A DNA stretch of 64,000 bases from an uncultured archaeon (GCA_938045545.1 CALIBN010000017.1:32001-96000); one strand, 5' to 3'; positions 36,194 through 46,589 are shown, counted from the first letter of the stretch. A program made the numbers and translations. Notes: generated by a model from the sequence alone, not told the origin.

Positions 36194-38625
36194 TGAGCGG
36201 AGAGCCGAGGATAGGTGTCTTCGTATGCCACTGCGGCAAGAACATCGCGAGCACAGTCGACGTCGTCAAGGTTGCCGAGTACGCTAAGACTCTTCCCAAC
36301 GTCGTCTACTCTTCTCACAACCTTTACACCTGCTCGGACGCCGGCCAGGCTGAGATAAAGAGGATAATTAAGGAATACGGGCTTAACAGGGTTGTCGTCG
36401 CAGCCTGCAGCCCGAAGATGCATGAGCCAACGTTCAGAGCATGCGTCTCGGAAGCAGGTTTAAACCCGTATCTTTTCGAGATGGCTAACATAAGGGAGCA
36501 CTGCTCCTGGGTCCACATGAGTGACCCTGAGGGCGCCACTAGGAAGGCCATCGACCTTGTTAAGATGGCTGTCGCCAAGGCCCGGCTCCTGGAGCCGCTT
36601 GAGCCGATAATCGTCCCGGTGGAGAAAACACTGCTAGTGGTAGGCGGCGGGCTGGCGGGCATGAGGGCTGCGCTTGACGTTGCGGACGCGGGTTTCAGTG
36701 TAATACTTGTTGAGAAACAAGCTATGCTAGGCGGTAAAGTAAGGCTTCTCGGCAAAACTTTCCCCATGGTGGACTGCACAGCCTGCCTTGTTAACGAGAT
36801 GATCAACAGGGTTCTTACACACCCCTACATAAGAGTGCTGACACAATCTGAGGTCGTCGCGGTGGAGGGCTACGTTGGCAACTTCATTGCAACATTAAGG
36901 AGGAAACCGTCGAAGGTTTCGGAGGAATGCGTGGGCTGCGGCAAATGCGTTGAGAATTGTCCAGTCCAGGTTGAAGAGGAGTTTTCTTACGGGCTTTCAA
37001 AAAGGAGGGCGATATACTTGGTTGAGAAGACTCAGGGCACTGTTGCCTGCGATCAGGGCCTTGAGAAAACCCTTCATGTTCACGGGCTTGTCGGAAAACC
37101 CTTGGCGGCAGTAATAGACGAGAAGAATTGCACGGGCTGCGGCAAATGCGTGGAAGCATGCCCAGTTAAAGCAATAGACCTTAAAGCACCGGGCGTGGAG
37201 GAAGTCTTAAAGGTTGGAGCGATAATTCTCGCAACAGGCTTCGACCTTTTCAATCCCTTAAGGAAGCCAGAGTACGGCTATGGCCGGCTTAGAAATGTTC
37301 TGACAAGCATGGAGCTGGAGAGAATGCTCACACCCGACGGCCCCACGCGGGGAAGACTAGTCAGGCCCTCAGACGGGAAACCCGCTGGAAAAACGGCCTT
37401 CATACAATGCGTAGGATGCAGGGACGAGCAGACAAACATCTACTGCTCAAGAATATGCTGCATGATAACCCTGAAGCAAGCGCTCCTCGTTAAGAAGAAC
37501 AACCCTAGCATGGAGGTAACAGTCTACTACATTGACATCAGAGCGGGTGGAAAAGAGTATGAAACAATATTCAGAATGGCGAGAGAAAAAGGGGTAAGAT
37601 TCATCAGGGGAAGACCCAGCGGAGTTGAGGAAGAGAACGGAATGCTGAAGATACGGGTTGAAGACACTCTAAGCGGAGAAATAATAGAGGAGCTATACGA
37701 CCTCGTGGTCCTAGCAATAGGCATGCAGCCCTCGGAAGGCACAGACAGGCTTGGCGAAATACTCAGAGTACCAAGAGACCAATACGGGTTCTTCATGGAG
37801 GCGCACATCAAGCTCAAACCCGTTGAAACAGTTGTAAACGGGATATTCCTAGCGGGCTCGTGCGCAGGCCCAACGGACATTCCGATGACGATAGCTAGGG
37901 GGCATGCAGCGGCCTCGAAAATACTCATGCTCTTCTCGAAAGACTTCATGGAGCTCGAGCCAATAACAAGCTACGTTGACCCGCTGAAATGCAAAGGCTG
38001 CCTAGTATGCACAAAAATGTGCCCCTTCCAAGCCCTGAAACCCGTCGAAATGGAAGGCAGGAAAATCATCCAGATTACGCAATCAATGTGTGCAGGATGT
38101 GGAACGTGCACAGCAGGCTGCCCCTTCAGCGCACTCAACCAGCACCATTTCACAGATGAGCAAATATTTGCGCAAATCGATGCAGCCTTGGAAGAACAAC
38201 CGAGAGAAAAAATTATAAGTTTCTGCTGTAATTGGTGTAGTTATGCCGGATCGGACTTCGCTGGAGTTTCTAGGCTTGAATATCCTTCAAGCGTGAGGAT
38301 AATCAGAGTCATGTGCTCAGGTAGAGTGAGTGAGAAGATGATCCTGAGGGCCTTCGAGAAGGGAGCGGGCATGGTTCTAGTTGCACCATGTCACCCTGCA
38401 GATTGTCACTACATCAGCGGGAACGAGTGGGCTAAGAGGAGGGTTGAGGCTTTGAAGAAGCTTGGCAAGATGGGTGTTAATCCTGATCGCTTATGGTTCG
38501 TCTACGTTTCTGCTGCTGAAGGGAACGTTTATCAAAATACAATTATTAAAATGCATGAATATTTGCAGAAGCTTAAGAACGGGGAGGTAAGCTGGGGTGC
38601 TGAGGAGGCTAAGGCAGTAGCCTAG
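36193..38625 (+). CDS. hdrA: Heterodisulfide reductase subunit A fused to an MvhD [2Fe-2S] domain
   Basis: VFVCHCG, NIREHCSWVH, GGGLAG, CVGCRD..CSRICC; C-terminal FCCNWCSYAGSD..RVMCSGRV..CHPADCHY. Confidence 0.93.
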   Translation: MSGEPRIGVFVCHCGKNIASTVDVVKVAEYAKTLPNVVYSSHNLYTCSDAGQAEIKRIIKEYGLNRVVVAACSPKMHEPTFRACVSEAGLNPYLFEMANIREHCSWVHMSDPEGATRKAIDLVKMAVAKARLLEPLEPIIVPVEKTLLVVGGGLAGMRAALDVADAGFSVILVEKQAMLGGKVRLLGKTFPMVDCTACLVNEMINRVLTHPYIRVLTQSEVVAVEGYVGNFIATLRRKPSKVSEECVGCGKCVENCPVQVEEEFSYGLSKRRAIYLVEKTQGTVACDQGLEKTLHVHGLVGKPLAAVIDEKNCTGCGKCVEACPVKAIDLKAPGVEEVLKVGAIILATGFDLFNPLRKPEYGYGRLRNVLTSMELERMLTPDGPTRGRLVRPSDGKPAGKTAFIQCVGCRDEQTNIYCSRICCMITLKQALLVKKNNPSMEVTVYYIDIRAGGKEYETIFRMAREKGVRFIRGRPSGVEEENGMLKIRVEDTLSGEIIEELYDLVVLAIGMQPSEGTDRLGEILRVPRDQYGFFMEAHIKLKPVETVVNGIFLAGSCAGPTDIPMTIARGHAAASKILMLFSKDFMELEPITSYVDPLKCKGCLVCTKMCPFQALKPVEMEGRKIIQITQSMCAGCGTCTAGCPFSALNQHHFTDEQIFAQIDAALEEQPREKIISFCCNWCSYAGSDFAGVSRLEYPSSVRIIRVMCSGRVSEKMILRAFEKGAGMVLVAPCHPADCHYISGNEWAKRRVEALKKLGKMGVNPDRLWFVYVSAAEGNVYQNTIIKMHEYLQKLKNGEVSWGAEEAKAVA

Positions 38626-38764
38626 CCAGAGTTTTAAGACCTAACGGACATGATTTACGCTAAAAACATGAAATGAAATTTAAACCTCAGAATTAGCTTA
38701 CTAGCTTTGATTTTTCCAACAGTTCCTTATGAAACTCTTTATATCCTTAATTATTTGATCACCT

Positions 38765-39001
38765 TCATTTTTTAACTTCCCTGTTTCTTCTTACCTTAGC
38801 TAAGAACTCTCTTTTGAACTCTTTGTATTCTTCATTTTCATGCGACCTCTTATGCTCATCATATAATTTAAAGGCCGTGTAAACCGCTTCAACTCTTTTC
38901 AATACCTCATTAATCATCTGTTCTTCTGTCATACCCTTTGAGTCAAAGGACGACATGAAAAAGGAATCGTATCCAGGGTTTATATGGTATATCACTTCCA
39001 C
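38765..39001 (-). CDS. Hypothetical protein (AT-rich island)
   Basis: ORF overlapping the stop of the upstream 119-aa ORF; no family recognised. Confidence 0.5.
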   Translation of the reverse strand: MEVIYHINPGYDSFFMSSFDSKGMTEEQMINEVLKRVEAVYTAFKLYDEHKRSHENEEYKEFKREFLAKVRRNREVKK

Positions 39002-39351
39002 GGAAAACTTCTTGCCGATTTCTTAGCTATTTTGTCAGCCCATAATAGTCTTGTGAAAACACGTCCGTGGGGCTTCCTAATGTGCTTCTCGATATTCCTC
39101 CTATTTATAAAATCGTCCAGTATCTCTTTCTCTTTTCTATCTATCTTAGCGAAGACCTCCTCTTTCTTCGTCTTGAACTCGCGTTGATGAAGCCTAACCA
39201 AAACCTCGCCGACTTCATCCCCAGGAGCATCAAAGCATAGAGATTCTACTTGCACTCTTCCATCCTCATATTCATAGATGTATCTGCAACTAATGAATGC
39301 TCCAGTCCCTATTTCCCACCTTCCCCGCGCCATTTTTTTTATTTTCGTCAT
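38992..39351 (-). CDS. Hypothetical protein (AT-rich island)
   Basis: 119-aa ORF; no family recognised. Confidence 0.55.
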   Translation of the reverse strand: MTKIKKMARGRWEIGTGAFISCRYIYEYEDGRVQVESLCFDAPGDEVGEVLVRLHQREFKTKKEEVFAKIDRKEKEILDDFINRRNIEKHIRKPHGRVFTRLLWADKIAKKSARSFPWK

Positions 39352-39460
39352 AACACATTACATCTCTTGTTTCTATTTTAAATTGCTCAGTGTTTAGTTC
39401 ATTCCTGAACCGCTCATTAAGATAGTTTTTCAACTTTTCTAGTAAGGCTTGACTCACTTC

Positions 39461-40990
39461 TTAATCTCCTCCTATAATCATAGCAACCAACTCGTCTACA
39501 CTCTTTTCCATTATGTCAGACCTCTTAAATATTACTATGAATGGATTCTTGTAATTACCACGAACTCTGGGTAAACATCATCTAAGAGTAAGTGCACAGG
39601 GTCATAGGCAAGTGAAGCTGCAATTCCGGCGTAAGCATTCAGGTTTTCTCCAATATGATTCTTAAGATCAGCTATTGCCCTTTCCATTTGTTCCCTAAAC
39701 TGGCCCACATTATCTGCTAGCGTTGTACTCCCAACCTCCACAATTACGATTTTAGTTTCTTTAGGAATAGTTTTCCCTTCTATAACTATCTCCTTATTTG
39801 TAATCACATAGATATCAGGAAATCCAGGTCTTCCATATCCTTCTCCGCTAGGCTCCAATCTCAAACTATCTGGGGAGATTTTATATGCTTCAGCAAACTT
39901 AGCAAGAATACTGTCCTTATACTTCTCTCTAAGCGTAATTTCGCCAACCACCCCTATTTGCCATTTATGTGCTTCTGGGTCCTCTATTATGTTGCAGAGC
40001 ATCATCTTTACCTTTATCTTCGAAGACTCTTCTAAAGAAACTATGTGTACTGTTTTTAATGTTTTGGCTTCCTGGGATACATGGACTGCTAGCCTTTTGT
40101 TTCCGCAATACTTAACGCCGTTGTCGTAATCAGCGATTATTACAAGCCTGTCTTCAGCGTCTACGCCCTCCCTCATTCTGCTTACCAATTCTTGGTAGGC
40201 ATCATACCCGAGTTTTCTGAATAGCTTCTCCTTTAAATTAAGTTGCGTCTGATCTTTAATCTCCTCGTTAAGCTCTACTACCAGCTTGCCGCCATACAGT
40301 TGAAGAGGTTCCAGCTTAATGCTGTATTCTCCTACACTTGGTTTTGCTTCTCGAACGTATATGAACCTTATTACTCCGTCTTTATCAAGCTCGATGTCAG
40401 TTACAGGATAACCTGTTTCTGAACTAGAGCTCCAGACTTTTATGACTTTATTCTCGTAGAGTACTAGTTTAAGTGTTTCGCCATCGATGTTCTTAGCCCT
40501 TATCTCCACCCTAGCACAAACTTTTCCATCCGCGCACCATTTCTTCTCAACTTTGGATTCAATTTCTTTCCCATCTATGCTTATTTTCATGTTTGCATAG
40601 TCAAAAATCATCCTCTTACCTGCGACTGAGAATTCGTTTGGAAAAAGGTTTCAAAATCATACTCGTAAATCTCTAGACTGGCTATCTCTTTTTCAGCTAC
40701 GCTGTCTACGCCTTCCAAGTATTTATGGGGTACATTGAGCCACAAAGATTCTTCCTCTACGCTGAATGCAAATTCTACTTCCTTTCCTCCCTCCAGCCTG
40801 AGCCTTGCTATATAGATTCCCTTACTTATCCTATCCTTAAGATTATTACACCGTTTTTAGTTACGCTCCTTGAAATCAGTTCAGGTCTGAGATGCTTAAG
40901 ACTATTTATCGCATTAAAGATTCCTTCCAATTCTTCGGGATTCCTTAGGACCTTATCGAGAAGAGGGCCGTCTAACTGGGGGAGGAAGTA
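39461..40990 (-). pseudogene. Frameshifted 3' fragment of a large protein with a C-terminal PD-(D/E)XK-like domain (includes ORF 39535-40611)
   Basis: GFPDIYV...IVIVEVGST motif; protein-like reading continues upstream through two frameshifts and downstream through one (GNYKNPFIVIFKRS..IIGGD*). Confidence 0.6.
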
Positions 40991-41210
40991 ATGTTCAATG
41001 GGCCAGGTAAAAAGCTGGAGGAAATTGAGAATGCCGTGAGCTTCAGGGTCTACCCGCTAAACGTTGATCCGTTGAGGAGCTTGAGATGGTGAAGGAGGTT
41101 GCTGAGCGGCACAGCATCAAAGCTAGAATGGGCTTCAGGGTAGCTTGGGTGTAAATGCAGGAACTCACAAGTATCTGACGCTCGGGCTTGAGGGAAGTAA
41201 GTTCAGGTTT
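40988..41210 (+). pseudogene. lysA: Internal fragment of diaminopimelate decarboxylase (PLP fold III)
   Basis: VMFNGPGKKLEEIENAV..NVD / EELEMV..ARMGFRV / NAGTHKYLTLGLEGSKF, broken by frameshifts. Confidence 0.7.
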
Positions 41211-41376
41211 GGCTACAAGCCCTATAGAGCAGCTTAGTCAAAGGCGGGAGAGCGGAGAGTTATTGCCTAGAGGGATTCGGATGTACGTGGGTCATAGATT
41301 TTTCAGGGCGTCGGATTTTCCAAAAGGGATTCCTAATCCTTATTAGCTACGTGAAAATGTTTAAATCGTTTTCGGC

Positions 41377-42714
41377 TTACTTGCTGGCTATCACCACGTT
41401 TCGGAACTTTAAGGAGGGTGCTGAAACCCCGTAGTCTTGTCTGGTATCGTTGCCAACCATGTCTAAACCGTCTTTAAACATCTCGTAGAAATTGCCCGAG
41501 ATAACCCCGTTCTTCACGGGCCTAGCTATCTCGCCGTTCTCAACCACGTATGCGTGGGTTATGGTGGCGTTTAAATGCCCGCTCACAGGGTTCGACATCC
41601 ATTCTCCTATCGTGCTCATCACTAGCACACCGTTCCTTGTCTCGCTGATGATCTCTTCAAAGGTTGCGTCTCCGGATTTAAGGTGGAGATGATGTAGAGA
41701 GGGCCTCGGCGCCGTGGAGTAGCCTCTCGACGCGTTGCCAGTGGACTCCCTCCCCTCCCTGTTCGCGGTATAAGTATCGTAGACAAACGTGTTTAGAACA
41801 CCCTTGCCCACTATCGTCAGGTTCCGCGTGGGGAATCCCTCGTCGTCAAAGGGCTTGGAGCCCAGCGTGTTCACGTTGGAACCAAAATCCTCTATAGTGA
41901 TCTTTTCCGACATTATCTCCATGCCTATCTTTCCGACTAGGGGCGACCTGCCCTCCTGAACGTTCAAAGCTGAAACAGCTGGGCTAAGCATGACGGGTAG
42001 CAGGGAGTCTGAAACCCTGTTGAGCGTCACCACCTCGTACTTCCCGTTGGGTATTGAGCCTGCTTTAACGAACTCTCTGGCTCTCGACCCTGCTTCAACA
42101 CCCGTCTTCCCAGCCTCCAGCCTCCTGAGGCTTCTAGCTATACTGTATTCAGAGTAGGTGCCGACTTCACCAGCCTCGTCGACCCTCGCATCTATGTAGA
42201 GGAACGCCATGGTCTCCCTCCTTGTAACCGGCCCACCGTAAGTGTTAGCGTAAGTCGCCTCCATGGCTCTGGACGTCAGGAAGCCTCGGATAGGCTTAGC
42301 CTCCCTACAGCCCTCCTTAACAGAGTCGAAAAGCTCCCTCGCGATGGGAAGCAGGTCCACCGGCGTCGCCTCTGCAGTAGCCTTGTCAAAGGTTTCTCCA
42401 ATATCCTTTGTCCCGATCTTCTCATTCATCCCCGCCCATCTTGGGTCGGGTGGAGAAACCCTTGCTATTGAAACAGCAGACCTTACGGCGTTCTCAACAC
42501 CTGTTTCGCTTAAATCCTGGGTTCCGACGATGGCTGTAGACTTTCCAACGGCGATCCTGATTCCGAAGGATTTCAGCCTGACAGTCTTCGAAGCCTCAAC
42601 GTCTCCCGCAAGGGTTAAGGATGTCTCAGCCGTGCTCAGCAGGAAGGCCTCTGCCTCTGAGGCGCCCAGTTCAACAGCCCTCTTAACAGCCTTCTCAACA
42701 TCCATCTTAACCAC
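41377..42714 (-). CDS. pmbA: PmbA/TldE protein
   Basis: FDDEGFP, STGNA and NPVSG motifs; no HExxxH; paired with tldD. Confidence 0.9.
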   Translation of the reverse strand: MVKMDVEKAVKRAVELGASEAEAFLLSTAETSLTLAGDVEASKTVRLKSFGIRIAVGKSTAIVGTQDLSETGVENAVRSAVSIARVSPPDPRWAGMNEKIGTKDIGETFDKATAEATPVDLLPIARELFDSVKEGCREAKPIRGFLTSRAMEATYANTYGGPVTRRETMAFLYIDARVDEAGEVGTYSEYSIARSLRRLEAGKTGVEAGSRAREFVKAGSIPNGKYEVVTLNRVSDSLLPVMLSPAVSALNVQEGRSPLVGKIGMEIMSEKITIEDFGSNVNTLGSKPFDDEGFPTRNLTIVGKGVLNTFVYDTYTANREGRESTGNASRGYSTAPRPSLHHLHLKSGDATFEEIISETRNGVLVMSTIGEWMSNPVSGHLNATITHAYVVENGEIARPVKNGVISGNFYEMFKDGLDMVGNDTRQDYGVSAPSLKFRNVVIASK

Positions 42715-44095
42715 CTCCGACGATGAGCTCCCTAATCATCACGTGGGGTCCCCCGTCTCCAACCCTGGCTAGCTGGTTATCCTTGCCGCAGCCGCCGAAG
42801 GCTGAGGTCGTTATCCTCAGGTCTCTCCCGACTGCTTCAACACCATTAAGCGTTTCAAGTATTGAGCCGGAGATGACTACACCCCTTACCAGCTCGGCAA
42901 GCCCCCCCTCGCGTATCATCCATGAGGGTCCGGCGGAGAAAGTGAATGTTCCGGAAGCGGTGTCAACCTGGCCTCCCGTTGCCCCCCTTCCCAAAATATA
43001 TATTCCCTCCCCCACTTCCCTAATGATCTCCTCGAAACCATGATCCCTAGGCGTCATGAAGAAGTTTGTTTGCCTCACGATCGGGAAATGGGTGAAGTCC
43101 TGCGCCCTACTGTTCCCTGAAACAGGCAGGTTAAGCATGCCTGCCGTCTCCCTGCCCGTCATGAAGGATTTTAACACGCCGTTTTCAACGACAACAACCC
43201 TCCTTTTAATGTTGCCCTCGTCGTCAAACGGGACGAAGTATCCCCCCTCAGCAAGACCGTCGTCAACTATTGTCACCGAGGGTGAAGCTATCTCGCTTCC
43301 AAGCCTTCCGGATAGTATTGAGTCACCTGAGGAAACAAGGTCGCCCTCGCACGCATGCCCAAAAGCCTCGTGAAGTATTAGGCCAACCATCTCCGGGTCG
43401 GCAACAGCCTTAAGCCTACCCGGCGGAGGAAGCGGCGCTCTAACAGCCTCATTAGCCAGCTTGCTGACGCCTAGCGAGAACTCTGCCCAGTTTTTGCCCT
43501 CTATGAACTCCCAGCCGGCTACGGCGGACTCCTGGTCGCCAACCCTCTCCATCGCCCCAGCTTCAAAAGCAACGCTCATATGTCCAAGACCAAGCAATGA
43601 TGACTCGTATTCCAGGTCCACCCCGTCGCTCGTAACGACATACCTCCAGTCGCGCTGGACGCCTAACCTAGTTACAGCAGACTTTATCCCCTCTAGGCTC
43701 AACCCAGCCTTATTAGCCTCTAGTGTAAGACTGACCTTCTCCTCGTCTGAAACATCCTCGGGTTTTTTCCTGCAGGCGGATTTGAAAACCCCTTTGCATG
43801 CCTTTCTCTCGCCAAGCTTCTCCACCTTCCTGGATACTCTGGCTGCGGATATGGCTTTCTCAACAGCCTCCTTGACGCTTTCACGGTTAAGGTCGTTCGT
43901 AGACGAGAAGCCGAACCTGCCGTTGTAAAACACTCTGATGCCCAGCCCGGCTGAGAAAGTCTTGGAAAACTCTTTCAGAACCCCGTTGTCGATCGTGATC
44001 AACTCGTAGTTTGTCCGTTGAGCCCTGGCTTCAACATAGGTCGTGCCAAGTTTTTCAGCTATGTTCAACCCATAGGCCGCAAGCTCCTTCAACAT
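42707..44095 (-). CDS. tldD: TldD metalloprotease
   Basis: HEAFGHACEGD, FDDEG, RQTN and CGK motifs. Confidence 0.92.
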   Translation of the reverse strand: MLKELAAYGLNIAEKLGTTYVEARAQRTNYELITIDNGVLKEFSKTFSAGLGIRVFYNGRFGFSSTNDLNRESVKEAVEKAISAARVSRKVEKLGERKACKGVFKSACRKKPEDVSDEEKVSLTLEANKAGLSLEGIKSAVTRLGVQRDWRYVVTSDGVDLEYESSLLGLGHMSVAFEAGAMERVGDQESAVAGWEFIEGKNWAEFSLGVSKLANEAVRAPLPPPGRLKAVADPEMVGLILHEAFGHACEGDLVSSGDSILSGRLGSEIASPSVTIVDDGLAEGGYFVPFDDEGNIKRRVVVVENGVLKSFMTGRETAGMLNLPVSGNSRAQDFTHFPIVRQTNFFMTPRDHGFEEIIREVGEGIYILGRGATGGQVDTASGTFTFSAGPSWMIREGGLAELVRGVVISGSILETLNGVEAVGRDLRITTSAFGGCGKDNQLARVGDGGPHVMIRELIVGGG

Positions 44096-44251
44096 TTCAA
44101 CTATTTAAAAAAACGGGTTAAACAGGCTATTAAGTCTTCCTATGGGCATCGGCCTGTATTGCTCTAAAGGAAATTCTGGTTGCGCCTATTTCGACTGGGA
44201 AAAATAGTTTTATATCTAGTTCTCCCATTCAATAGGGCAGGGAGTTGAGCG

Positions 44252-45922
44252 TTGAGGAGCACCGTGAATGACGGTACTGTTGTTTCAGAGGAGATGCGGA
44301 TGGGCCGGGGGAAAGGCTTTAGGGTTTTCTCAATGCTTAAGTCTCGTAGAAAGATGTTGGCTCTGAGCCTCATAATCATTATACTTTTCTCTACCGCAAT
44401 ATACTTTTTAGCAAGTTTTGTAGCAAGGCCCAGTGTAATAGGCATTCTAAAAGTAGAGGGAGCGCTGCTCACCGGTGACCAGGCTGCCCTATATTCGCAG
44501 GCGATAATGGAGGCAATGTTAAACGACAGTATAAGAGGGATTGTGCTTAAAGTGGATTCTCCAGGAGGCTACGCCGACCTGGTTGAGCAGGTTTACCTGG
44601 ATCTTTTAGAGCTGAAAGCTAGGAAGCCGCTCGTAGCCTCAATAACAATGGCCCTGTCTGGAGGCTACTATATTTCCGTCGCCTCAGACTACATATATGC
44701 GCATCCGAGCGCGACTGTGGGGAACATCGGAGTAATCGGTATCGGTCCCCCGATCCTCGTGCCCTCGGAAACTGTTCTCGAGAGCGGTGTGCATAAGGCA
44801 ACAGGATTCTCGAGACTACTGTTCTCCTTTAACATGAGCCGGGTTCTTGAAAACTTCGTCAAGGCTGTTGAGCTTGGAAGGGGAAGCAGGCTTAGACTCC
44901 CCCCTAACGTGCTTCGCAGGGGCTCTATATACATGGGGAGCGAGGCTTTGGAAGCCGGGCTCGTCGACGAGCTGGGCTCGGTTGAGAGCGCCCTGAAGAG
45001 GGTTGCGCAGGCAGCCGGGGTGGCTAAGTATTCCGTCGTGGACCTGGTTGAATCAGTGAAGAGCAGGTTTAAAGCTGGGACCAGCTTAGAGGAGCAGGCT
45101 CCCTGGGCTAACCTGACGGTGGATAAGCTTAAAGAGCTTCACCCACCACCCTCCATCTACTATCTTTACCTTCCTACTAACGCTTCACTCTACTCTTCTT
45201 CGGCGGCTGCTCAAAACTTCGGCGAATGGGCTGGCGTAGATGGTAAAAGCCTGGTTCTAGTCGACATGTCTCACGGCAACAGGGTTACCTACTGGAACCT
45301 TGAGGTTTTAGCTAGGGAGCTTATGCTCAGGAACGCCACAATCTCCCTCGCGACGAGCTGGAACATGCTGGAGTCTAAGCTTGGTTCTGCTGAAGGAGTG
45401 TTAATAGCTGCTCCAACACTGCCCTACTCGGAGGAACAGGTTGAAAGGCTAAGGAGCTTCGTGGAGTCGGGGAAGACACTAGTGATAATGTATGATCCTG
45501 CGGAGGAATACGTGAAGATCCCGGACCTTACTTGGCCGGTGAACTCCCTATCCATGGGCCTCGGCATATTCTTCAACAGCGGCTATCTTTACGACGAGCA
45601 CCAGTTCTTCGGCATGTATAGAAACATATATGTAGAGGACTTCAGGAATCACACGCTCACCCTGAACATCTCTAGAATAGTTTTTTTCACGGCTACAGGT
45701 GTTTGTTCAACCGGTAAAGGTGTTGCCTGGACTTCTAACACTACTTTCTCATCGGTATCGGAGAAGGCAAAAACTTATGATGTGATTAGCGTCGTTGAGT
45801 TAAAAGGGATGGTCATAGCCATTGGCGACATCACCTTCATGCAGGAGCCCTACTGCTACGTTGAGGATAACTATAGGCTCGTGCAAAACTTAGCCTCCCT
45901 TATGACCTCCGGGGCGAAATAG
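44252..45922 (+). CDS. sppA: S49 signal peptide peptidase fused to a C-terminal GATase/DUF4350-like domain
   Basis: TM anchor, VDSPGG, ALSGGY, GNIGV and GVHK motifs, then a VDMSHGN...IGD..DNYRLVQNL domain; start uncertain. Confidence 0.8.
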   Translation: MRSTVNDGTVVSEEMRMGRGKGFRVFSMLKSRRKMLALSLIIIILFSTAIYFLASFVARPSVIGILKVEGALLTGDQAALYSQAIMEAMLNDSIRGIVLKVDSPGGYADLVEQVYLDLLELKARKPLVASITMALSGGYYISVASDYIYAHPSATVGNIGVIGIGPPILVPSETVLESGVHKATGFSRLLFSFNMSRVLENFVKAVELGRGSRLRLPPNVLRRGSIYMGSEALEAGLVDELGSVESALKRVAQAAGVAKYSVVDLVESVKSRFKAGTSLEEQAPWANLTVDKLKELHPPPSIYYLYLPTNASLYSSSAAAQNFGEWAGVDGKSLVLVDMSHGNRVTYWNLEVLARELMLRNATISLATSWNMLESKLGSAEGVLIAAPTLPYSEEQVERLRSFVESGKTLVIMYDPAEEYVKIPDLTWPVNSLSMGLGIFFNSGYLYDEHQFFGMYRNIYVEDFRNHTLTLNISRIVFFTATGVCSTGKGVAWTSNTTFSSVSEKAKTYDVISVVELKGMVIAIGDITFMQEPYCYVEDNYRLVQNLASLMTSGAK

Positions 45923-45983
45923 ACAACTAACCCAAAAAGCAAAGAAAAGATTTATATTATAAGGCTGTGGATATATCAACGTC

Positions 45984-46387
45984 ATGTCCAAAGTAGAAAA
46001 AGATTGAGGGTATCGGATCCACATACGCAAAAAAGCTCGGTGAAGTCGGGATCAAAACTACCGATGACCTACTTGAGGCCGGCAGGACGAAAGATGGAAG
46101 GAAGGCCTTGCTGAGAAGACCGGCATTCCGGAAAAGCTATTCCTTGAATGGGTGAACCTCGCAGACTTCTTCGGGATCAAGGGAATTGGAGAGGAATACT
46201 CCGACCTGCTTGAGGAAGCTGGCGTCGACACGGTTGCTGAACTTGCCAGAAGAGACCCGGCGAGCCTCCACGCCAAGATCCTTGAGGTCAATAAGGAGAA
46301 AAAGCTCGTGAGGAGGCCGCCCACGCTAAAGCAGGTACAGACTGGATTGAGCAAGCGAAGAAACTTCCGAGGAAAGTAGAATACTGA
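45984..46387 (+). pseudogene. DUF4332 helix-hairpin-helix protein with three frameshifts
   Basis: IEGIGSTYAKKL, WVNLADFFGIKGIGEEYSDLLEEAGVDTVAELARR and WIEQAKKLPRKVEY* split across frames. Confidence 0.8.
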
Positions 46388-46589
46388 AAACCGGGCCGCC
46401 CAACCCCTAGGTTTCCTTCTCCTTTTTCTAATTTTTCTAATTTTACATATTTTTGACTTAGAACCTCCTCTTCCTTGCTATTGTTGATTAAGGGCAACCG
46501 AATGCTTAAAATTGGTTGGCAAGTGAGAAAAAAGTATCATGGCATTTAACAGGCTTAAGGCAGATAGGTTTGCCGAAGCCGTGGGAGTG

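Noticed and set aside
36193-38625. Possible selenocysteine recoding in HdrA/MvhD
   Set aside because: The frame is open with Cys at all motif positions and has no in-frame TGA
46385-46400. tgaaaaccgggcc resembles the tRNA-Arg 3' flank, a possible att site
   Set aside because: The match is too short, no integrase is present, and core genes lie between the two sites
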